Shown here in pieces: positions 57,033-64,000 of a stretch of DNA of 64,000 nt (position 1 is the first letter of the stretch; the number at the start of each line of letters is the position of its first letter). Below the pieces are notes generated by a model. It searched no databases and was not told the DNA's origin. It worked only from the letters and a program-made list of their open reading frames with translations. This DNA comes from Candidatus Latescibacterota bacterium (GTDB taxonomy: Bacteria > Latescibacterota > UBA2968 > GCA-2709665): NCBI GenBank assembly GCA_965205485.1, contig OZ242180.1:608001-672000 (forward strand). The letters are read 5' to 3'. The position numbers and the translations under genes were made by a program.

Positions 57033-57261
57033 CGAATTTTCTCCTGAAGATGCCGACCCATGTCCGCTTTCTTGATCTGCGCAGCGCCTGGATATTCAGA
57101 TCCAAAACGTCACTCGGGGATGCTTGCCGGCCGATTCAAGTCCAGCCAAAACATGCAACCCCGAGATTTCATTACCCTAATCATCATGACACTGGTAAAC
57201 GCTGGCGATCGCCGCCAGAGCCGGACGACTCCGTAGTAAGTGGTCCGGCACAATAGCGAAT

Positions 57262-57591
57262 CTACCCGGCGGGGAAGACCCGCACCACCTGACCAGGTCG
57301 AATTCTCGAAAGCACTCGTTCGAGTTCCGGTACGACCTGAATCAGGTCGTCAAGCGCTTCGCTGGATGTACGCAATACCGCCACGGCCAGGTCGAATTGT
57401 CGAACCGGCTGTTGATAAGGTAGATTGTCGTCCATTGTAACCAGAACATCGAAATGTCGTTGAGCTACACGAAGTAATTCGCCGTTTTTCAACCCCTTCC
57501 AGCCCCGGTACTCCACGGTTTCGACCTCTACTTCCGAACGAAAGTAGAGCCGTAAGCCTACGGGTATATCTTCAACGAGAAGCACCCGCAT
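57262..57591 (-). CDS. DUF5615 PIN-like toxin
   Basis: GWKGLKNGELL, FDVLVTMDDNLPYQQ. Confidence 0.85.
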   Translation of the reverse strand: MRVLLVEDIPVGLRLYFRSEVEVETVEYRGWKGLKNGELLRVAQRHFDVLVTMDDNLPYQQPVRQFDLAVAVLRTSSEALDDLIQVVPELERVLSRIRPGQVVRVFPAG

Positions 57592-57832
57592 TCTGCATCC
57601 TCAAGTGATCCAATCCCTCCGCCGAGAGTTCGAGATATGATTCGATCTGCCATCGCTGTACCGAAGGAAATTCCTTGAGATACTCCTCGATCGAATACCC
57701 CCCTTTAAGATAACACACAAGGCTGCCTACCGGAACACGCGTGCCTGCGAAAACGAGGTCCCCACTGTGAATTTCAGGATCACGTGAAACGACCTTTTGC
57801 AAGTTGATCGTGTTTCGTTCTCGATCCGCCAT
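57572..57832 (-). CDS. DUF433 antitoxin
   Basis: DPEIHSGDLVFAGTRVPV...SIEEYLKEFPSV. Confidence 0.92.
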   Translation of the reverse strand: MADRERNTINLQKVVSRDPEIHSGDLVFAGTRVPVGSLVCYLKGGYSIEEYLKEFPSVQRWQIESYLELSAEGLDHLRMQNAGASR

Positions 57833-57971
57833 TGCGCAGTCTCCGATTCCAGTCAACTCGATTGTCAGACGTCTGAAATGCCCTGAAAATATACGGTCCG
57901 TCGAATCAAGATACAAGGGGCCAGGACAATTATTCGAGAGGAATCCCGTTCTCCACTGGCAACTCACACCA

Positions 57972-58691
57972 CTACCAATGCGAATCCCCGAGATGGCCCT
58001 TCATATCGAGATTGAGCGCGCCGGCGATTCTATGCGCGAAGGCGCGTACACCGGGCAGTTCGGTATAGTTGTGTGAATACACCAATACGTTGACGTCTTT
58101 ATATTTCGAGTACTCCAGGAGGTAGAGATTCGTCTCCCCGGTGACGTAGAGGTCGATATCGTGACTCAGCGCATCTCTTACAAGCGTGGTATAGATTCCC
58201 GCGCCGGTTGCCGCTGCCACCCTCAGCACAGGACGGCCGGCGTCGTGCATTCTGCAGGGCTCTTCGGACAACAGTGATGTGAGGCTCGCGCGCACCGTAG
58301 CCAGACTGCCGGGTTCGGAGAATTCGCCCACTCTCGCTTCAGCATGAGGCAATACCGCCACCTGAGAACAACCCAGCTCCGACAGCAGCGTTGCGGAGGT
58401 CCCGAAATCCGCAAGGTCCAGAGGGAGGTGCGCCCACACGTGCGTGAGTCGGTATTCCTTCAACAGGGATTGGACCTCGTCCCGCTGCTCGAACATGAAA
58501 TCCCACGCGTCGTGGTGAGTGACGATGAGGTCCACGCTCAGTTCGACGGCCGTCCGAATCGTCTCAGGCGTAATCGTCGTCGCATAGCCCACGGTGGAGG
58601 GGTGGTCGCAATAATCGGCAATTCCCCATTCATCCGGGTGGGCGTCAAGCAGTTCCCTGCCGAACAGGTCATCCAGAATCTCGCTGATCAT
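57972..58691 (-). CDS. Nif3-like dinuclear metal protein (DUF34)
   Basis: LIVTHH, AHLPLD, YVTGE, HNYTE. Confidence 0.85.
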   Translation of the reverse strand: MISEILDDLFGRELLDAHPDEWGIADYCDHPSTVGYATTITPETIRTAVELSVDLIVTHHDAWDFMFEQRDEVQSLLKEYRLTHVWAHLPLDLADFGTSATLLSELGCSQVAVLPHAEARVGEFSEPGSLATVRASLTSLLSEEPCRMHDAGRPVLRVAAATGAGIYTTLVRDALSHDIDLYVTGETNLYLLEYSKYKDVNVLVYSHNYTELPGVRAFAHRIAGALNLDMKGHLGDSHW

Positions 58692-58764
58692 AAGTTCGCC
58701 CCGTGTTTTCCCGGTCCATCTCCCGCAGCCCGGGTACCGATCTGTACCCCAACCGACGAACCAT

Positions 58765-58806
58765 AGAAACAAGACCACACACACAAGTGTGTGTGGTCTT
58801 GTTTCT
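58765..58806. repeat. Perfect 20-bp inverted repeat with 2-nt spacer
   Basis: AGAAACAAGACCACACACAC-AA-GTGTGTGTGGTCTTGTTTCT. Confidence 0.9.
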
Positions 58807-58814
58807 CCCCTGTT

Positions 58815-59702
58815 TCACAGCACCATCCACACGCCACCCACACAGAGTACCACGCCCGCCACCAGCGGCAGCGTCAGCTTCTCCTTGAGCAGGAACACCG
58901 ACATCAGCATCCCCAGGACCGGAGACACAGACGCCAGGGTGGCCATCTTGGCGGGGCCGATCCGGGCGATCGCCATCACATACAGCAATGACCCGGCGCC
59001 CACGCCCACAATCCCGCTTGCGGCAACGACCAGCAGCGCCCGCCGGTCGATATCCCGGATGCGCATAACCGGACCCGCCCATGCCCGTGTCAGGAAGAGA
59101 ACCGCGGCCGTGAGCGGCACCCGGACGCTGTTGGCCTGTACCGACGTCATATTCGCAATCGCCGGTTTGAGCATCACCGTACTCAGACCCCAGAGCAGGC
59201 AGGCGAACAGCGCGAGGAAAACGCCAAGGACGAGCCGGTCCGGCCGCTCGCGCTCAGGCTGTCGAGACCGGCTGGATAGAAAGATGACCCCCACGGCCAC
59301 CAGGCAGATCCCGAGAAAGAAGCGACGGCTGAACGGGTTGTCGAGCAGGGCCCACTCGAAGAAAAAAGTGGACAGAGGGAAGGTTCCCGACAGCGCCATC
59401 GCGCGCGATACGCCGATCTCCCTGATCGCCGCGAGGTACATCGTTTCGCCAACGGCCATTCCGATCAGCAGGCCGCCCAACAGAAGGGCCCATTCCGTTC
59501 CGGTTACCAGCACGTAGCTGGAAAGCGGCGGCCCGAACGGAAGCAGCATCCAGAAGAAGACTGTGGCCACGGCGCACCGGATGCCGTTCATCATCGCCGG
59601 CGGAATGGCCTGCGACTGCGTGCGGACCATCAGGCTGTTCACCGCCCAGACCAGCGAACAGGACAGGCCAAAGATCTCACCCGCTGAGATTGAGAACCCC
59701 AA
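58815..59702 (-). CDS. DMT/EamA family transporter
   Basis: About 10 TM helices in two repeats; AIREIGVSRA and AIARIGPAK; start approximate (TTG). Confidence 0.88.
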   Translation of the reverse strand: MGFSISAGEIFGLSCSLVWAVNSLMVRTQSQAIPPAMMNGIRCAVATVFFWMLLPFGPPLSSYVLVTGTEWALLLGGLLIGMAVGETMYLAAIREIGVSRAMALSGTFPLSTFFFEWALLDNPFSRRFFLGICLVAVGVIFLSSRSRQPERERPDRLVLGVFLALFACLLWGLSTVMLKPAIANMTSVQANSVRVPLTAAVLFLTRAWAGPVMRIRDIDRRALLVVAASGIVGVGAGSLLYVMAIARIGPAKMATLASVSPVLGMLMSVFLLKEKLTLPLVAGVVLCVGGVWMVL

Positions 59703-60094
59703 TTTGAAGCCCCACGCGAGTTCTGATGTATCAGTACCTGGCCAGTAAGGGAGGTGATTTCGAGATTCGTTACCGGATGACAGTCGGATTGGCCACAAAA
59801 AGCCTGAATGCGGGTAGAGGGTAGACCAAAGGCGGTGAGACGGTAGCCGGTAGAGGGTAGAGATTACCTGCCTTGTGAGGCTTCTCTTCGTGCCGGAGGC
59901 AAGGAGGGATAAATTCGCCGGCAAGGATATCTTCTACCGTCTTACGTCTCCCGTCTACCCGCTTCTGAGGTGACGGGGGGGAGAGGTTCCGAACATGCCC
60001 AGCGACCTGGTGTATCCTGATAATCCGCGGTCAAATCGCCTTTATCAACTTGCCTGTATTCGAATTAACGTCCACGAAGACTGCCGAATCCTGG

Positions 60095-60502
60095 TCAGAC
60101 TTCGTACTTCCGGGTCGTGTCAGGGCCGCCGGGCTCGTTGGCGATAACGTAGAAAACCAGATCCTCGGAGTCGCTCCCATTCCGGATCCGGTGCCGGGTG
60201 CCGGCGGGCTGCATGAAGCAGTCTCCGGCGACGGCTTCGGTGGATTCGCCTTCACGATCGACCACGGCTCGGCCCGATACGACGATGAAGAACTCCCACA
60301 TCCGGGCGTGTGAATGCACGGGGCATGGGCGCGCGCCGGGGGGAAGACGCGTCAGTTCCACGTCGAATGGATGTGGCGATTCCGGGGTGTTCCCCAGTGC
60401 GACCGAGACATGGCGACGATAGCGTTCGTAGTTTCCGGTGCTCCAGGTCCATTTCTGATGTTCTTCAGGCACGTCGTCCAGATTGATCTTCCACGGCGTC
60501 AT
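60095..60502 (-). CDS. Cupin domain protein
   Basis: HSH...EFFIVVSG and PAGTRH motifs; AGGAGG RBS. Confidence 0.88.
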   Translation of the reverse strand: MTPWKINLDDVPEEHQKWTWSTGNYERYRRHVSVALGNTPESPHPFDVELTRLPPGARPCPVHSHARMWEFFIVVSGRAVVDREGESTEAVAGDCFMQPAGTRHRIRNGSDSEDLVFYVIANEPGGPDTTRKYEV

Positions 60503-60536
60503 GAGTCGCGCACCTCCTGGTGTGGTTTGTTGTTTT

Positions 60537-60965
60537 TCAATCGGACTCCTCCGAAAAGGTCTCCTCGCCACGTTCTCTCTGTTTCCGTCTGATCTCCGTG
60601 ATGTCTTCGTCGGTCAATCGTTCATGGTCCGATACGATCGTCTTTTCGATGAATTTCAGTTTCAATTCACGCCTGGTGAGCCACTCCCAGCCGTCCGCGT
60701 TCGCGGCGTGGGGATGCGGATAGATATCCTCAGGGCCGATCTCCTCGGAAACAGTATAGAGAAACCCCGGTGTGACGCCATTGTGCTTCACCCGATAATC
60801 GTCAGACAGGAACTCCCCCGGGCAAACCCTGCTGACAAGCGAGGGTCTATGCGAAAACGCCTTAGCGAGGTCGCGGATCTGCGTGATCGAACTGCCAACG
60901 CGAAGTTCCGTCAACTTTTGCTGGGAACCATGGTACCATGTCTGACTGAAGTCACAATCTGACAT
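60537..60965 (-). CDS. Hypothetical protein, possibly ADP-ribosyltransferase (Arr-like) fold
   Basis: WYHGS...L..GS, GFLYTV, WEWLT; GAGG RBS. Confidence 0.55.
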   Translation of the reverse strand: MSDCDFSQTWYHGSQQKLTELRVGSSITQIRDLAKAFSHRPSLVSRVCPGEFLSDDYRVKHNGVTPGFLYTVSEEIGPEDIYPHPHAANADGWEWLTRRELKLKFIEKTIVSDHERLTDEDITEIRRKQRERGEETFSEESD

Positions 60966-61053
60966 TAAAGTCCTCAACTCCCGAGTCGTACGGAAACCGC
61001 AATCAAAAACGCCGGATAAATCCTACATAAACCTCGTAAAATTAAACATTTGT

Positions 61054-61809
61054 CTATCTAGGCGCATCCACGTCCTTCTGCATCAGAAAGCCCGCGTCAC
61101 GGCGGTCACGACGATAGGTCGTACAGTACAGAATCCCGAAACCCGCCGCAGTCAGTTCCTCGCGATATCCCTCCATGCTCTGTGAGCGGCCCATCAGGAA
61201 TACACTCTTGCCATTCACGGCCTCCCAACGGTCTCCCTGGCGCTTCTGGAGAGGGACGCCGGACGTATTGGCGCCCGTCTTCCTGCAGAATTCGACGAAC
61301 GACCCCACCGGGCCCTCGCAGGCGTCCGGGTCATGCGAACCGAAAAGGATTAAATGACCTCCGTCCCGCATGGCCCGTCTCACGTTTCCAAGGTAGTCTT
61401 TCCTGTGCGCGTCGACAACCAGCATATTTAAGCAATAGCAGTCCAGGACGATGTCGAACCCGTATGCCGGCAAGGTATCCGGATCCAGCGCATTCGCAAC
61501 CTCGAATTTCGCACGTGCACCGGCTTCCGCACACCGCTGTCTTGCGCGTACGATGGCTACCTCCGAGATGTCGATACCCAGGTATCGATATCCCAGCCCG
61601 GCCAGGATGAGTCCGACCGTGCCGTCCCCGCATCCCACGTCCAGTATCCGGGTTTCCGGCGGCGAATGCGTGATTTTTCGGAGCATTCCCTCCAGGCGCC
61701 GAAGTACCCCCTGCGATCCCCCTTCACCAAGAAACGCCAGACCTTCTGCATACGCGACGCGATAGTTGTGATCGTATGCCTTATAGTACGACCTGTCGTC
61801 GAATTCCAT
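61054..61809 (-). CDS. Class I SAM-dependent methyltransferase
   Basis: ILDVGCGDG, GIDIS, FDIVLD. Confidence 0.88.
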   Translation of the reverse strand: MEFDDRSYYKAYDHNYRVAYAEGLAFLGEGGSQGVLRRLEGMLRKITHSPPETRILDVGCGDGTVGLILAGLGYRYLGIDISEVAIVRARQRCAEAGARAKFEVANALDPDTLPAYGFDIVLDCYCLNMLVVDAHRKDYLGNVRRAMRDGGHLILFGSHDPDACEGPVGSFVEFCRKTGANTSGVPLQKRQGDRWEAVNGKSVFLMGRSQSMEGYREELTAAGFGILYCTTYRRDRRDAGFLMQKDVDAPR

Positions 61810-61846
61810 ATGACATTCCGGTTGCCAACAGGCCAGCGTACGGAAC

Positions 61847-62125
61847 TCAGCCGCTTTTATCTATCCGAGAGTATGAGGTGGACACGCTCCTGTTCCCGAT
61901 GATCGCTGACAGAATTCCAAGGAACAGGGCCAGCTTCAGGGACGCAAACCACGAGATTTCACCCGCGATGAGCCCCTGTTCCACCGCACCGGGAAAGAGA
62001 TCTGGAATCGTCCACGCCCAGAGGATCTTGATGAGAAACAGGGCGGCAAAGATGAGCCCTGCCGCCAGAAGGAGAAATCCCTGAAGCGCTGCCGCGAGGC
62101 CCGCCGCGAGCCATCCCTTTTTCAT
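61847..62125 (-). CDS. Small membrane protein
   Basis: GGAG RBS; hydrophobic helices; LWAWTIPDLFPGAV. Confidence 0.65.
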   Translation of the reverse strand: MKKGWLAAGLAAALQGFLLLAAGLIFAALFLIKILWAWTIPDLFPGAVEQGLIAGEISWFASLKLALFLGILSAIIGNRSVSTSYSRIDKSG

Positions 62126-62317
62126 ATTCGTCTCCGTTTGAAATGAGATCTGTCGAGATTTGCGGTTTACGATCCTGACTTCAACACAAAAGCGACCTCG
62201 ACGTGAGGCCGCTTCTTCTCTTCCCAATCCGGAATATCCGACCCTGGAGATCGGGCCAAATGGCTCATCCAGTTACCCTGTCTACGGAGTCGATCCGCGC
62301 CGCCTGCGGTGAGTCAC

Positions 62318-64000
62318 CTACAGCTCGACGGGTTTCAGGGAATGGGTACGGGATTCAAACTCACACCCGGTAAGCAACCTGGAAAGCGTGTTGGTCATCC
62401 GGACGACAATGCGGTTTTTCCCGGGTTTCAGCCATTCCGTCCTGGCCGTCCACTTGAACGGCGCCCATGCCCTCGTCCCGAGGGAGCGGCCGTTGATGGC
62501 CACCTCAACAATATCGGTAACGTCCTTGAGTTCCTCCTCGAGCGAGAAGACGAACTGATCGGACTCGGGGGGCTCGGCAAACGTCATATCCTTTGTATAC
62601 ACAACCGTGCCCGCATAATACGGCATTTTCTGATCGTCGAGTTCGCCTGGGAAACCACGGTCGACCGGAGCGACCATTCGCAGATTGTGGTTCAGCCAGC
62701 GCCTGACGCCGAATTTTCCGAAGAGATAGAAGGCGTCGACCAGGCCCTGATTGAGATCGTCGAGCTCCACCCGGATTGCAAGGACGTTCCTGCCGGTGTT
62801 TACGCGGCGCACAACCGCGCAGGTGACGTTGTTGTGGTCGTAACGAAACGTGGGACGGAAGGCCTTTCCCGGCAGGCGGACACCGTTCAGATAGATCTGG
62901 TAATCTCCCAGAATGGCGCTGCGGTCCATCACGAGTGAGAGCTTGGACGGCACGACGTCGGCTGAGAATGCCGTCCTGAACCAGCAGACCAGTGGAAACT
63001 CGATGCCCGGACCCGCCTTCTTGCCCGGGCCGGCGCTATTGAACGTAAAGGGCAGGCCGGAAAGGGACGGTAGATCGCCGATCTGTTCAACCACCGGTTT
63101 GGGAGTTACGGACGTCCAGCGGTTGTCTCTGTAGCCGGGTTTGTGCCAGCCCTGTTCGATCCCCTTGTTCTGCGGATCGAGTTGCATCTGGAACCTGTCC
63201 ATACGCAGACAGTTGTCCTCTTCGGCATCGACTTTCCACGCGCCATTCGCGTCGGGACGCAAAACGACCGCCGTTTCCGATTCCGGCAGCGACTGGGGTT
63301 TGTCTTCCGTTACGACGATCAGGTGGGATTGCAAGCGATCGAAGTTGAGATTGAACTTTAACCGATCGGCGTCCCGCTCCGTCGTCAGCGGGGTCCGGCG
63401 GCCGGTTTCCAGGTCCCAACGTTCCACCTTTCGCCGATGAGACGCCACACGTACCGCGACCCTGGACGTGAAGGCGTTTTGGTCCGTATTCGTAAAGAAA
63501 AACAGATCTCCGTTTGACGTTTCTCTCCTCTGCGACATAACCGCCGACCCGTTCTTCTTGTCGGTCTCCACGATCACGTCGGGAGGAAGGATTCGGTGGA
63601 GTAGATCGGCCAGCATTCGCGCGCCGCGGTTCTTTTCGACGGAGCCCCCTGTTCTGATAAAGTAGAGGTCGCCTCTCTGAATGAGATGTACGCCCAGTTC
63701 GTGGCCGATGTAGTCGCGCCTCATTCTTCCGGGTTCCATGTCGGTCAGGCGGGAGAATGCCTCCACGACCGAGGGGCCTTCCTGGATGTCTTCGATGGGA
63801 AGCAGGCCGAGACAGATGACTTTGCCGCCTGCATTGATAAACTCCCGGATGCGCTCAAACGCGTCTCGCTCCAGGTTTGTAATGGGCGGCACGATGAGCA
63901 CATCGTAGCTGGCTGCCTCGGTCTGAAGTCGGCTTCCGGCAACGCGCGCCGCCGCCAGGGTTTCCGGATCCAGGGAGTCGAAATCGCGCTGCATCTGGCA
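62318..64000 (-). CDS. Large glycoside hydrolase (GH106/GH2-like), C-terminal part, 5'-truncated by the window
   Basis: GATase-like middle region (YDVLIVP, GGKVI); YYAGTVVY, AINGRSLG..WAPF, GKNRIVVRMTNT. Confidence 0.65.
   Translation of the reverse strand, partial: CQMQRDFDSLDPETLAAARVAGSRLQTEAASYDVLIVPPITNLERDAFERIREFINAGGKVICLGLLPIEDIQEGPSVVEAFSRLTDMEPGRMRRDYIGHELGVHLIQRGDLYFIRTGGSVEKNRGARMLADLLHRILPPDVIVETDKKNGSAVMSQRRETSNGDLFFFTNTDQNAFTSRVAVRVASHRRKVERWDLETGRRTPLTTERDADRLKFNLNFDRLQSHLIVVTEDKPQSLPESETAVVLRPDANGAWKVDAEEDNCLRMDRFQMQLDPQNKGIEQGWHKPGYRDNRWTSVTPKPVVEQIGDLPSLSGLPFTFNSAGPGKKAGPGIEFPLVCWFRTAFSADVVPSKLSLVMDRSAILGDYQIYLNGVRLPGKAFRPTFRYDHNNVTCAVVRRVNTGRNVLAIRVELDDLNQGLVDAFYLFGKFGVRRWLNHNLRMVAPVDRGFPGELDDQKMPYYAGTVVYTKDMTFAEPPESDQFVFSLEEELKDVTDIVEVAINGRSLGTRAWAPFKWTARTEWLKPGKNRIVVRMTNTLSRLLTGCEFESRTHSLKPVEL

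Noticed and set aside
59703..59924. N-terminal extension of the DMT transporter
   Set aside because: Runs through low-complexity intergenic repeats; the hydrophobic domain starts near 59700
1..64000. CRISPR array, rRNA, integrase or transposase
   Set aside because: No regularly spaced repeats with unique spacers, no rRNA-like tract, and no DDE, HUH or recombinase motifs in the ORFs

Overview
64-kb window from a GC-rich diderm bacterium. Gene content (PQQ-type propellers, DUF1080, PhyH, TonB receptors, Uma2, many TA loci) suggests an FCB/Latescibacterota-Gemmatimonadota-like organism; this is inference only. Layout: (1) 1-13 kb, an accessory region with broken toxin-antitoxin/defence pairs, a low-GC insert bracketed by two DUF5131 3' ends, and an S9 peptidase. 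(2) 14-39 kb, a zinc metalloprotease and a large sugar-acid/amine catabolic neighbourhood (two enolase-superfamily enzymes, MDR, GGT, PhyH, MITE-flanked TonB receptor, uronate isomerase, SelA/DgaE-like and class III PLP enzymes, Gfo/Idh/MocA, SDR, two beta-propellers). (3) 39-53 kb, housekeeping genes (hemL, uvrA, rmlC, rmlB, Ca/Na antiporter, bioF, trmJ). (4) 53-64 kb, a minus-strand run of small modifying enzymes, some frameshifted. Two observations stand out. One is a single 773-aa ORF fusing apolipoprotein N-acyltransferase (Lnt) to the Tat translocase core TatC. The other is a 66-nt D-arm-less tRNA-like gene (UUG anticodon, G1-C72, encoded CCA) with its own promoter and terminator, divergent from hemL. 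Three dispersed repeat families each have a copy just behind a sigma70 promoter, and two of them also sit on TAG stop codons. No rRNA, CRISPR array, integrase or transposase was seen. All protein family calls come from motif recognition by eye, not database searches.
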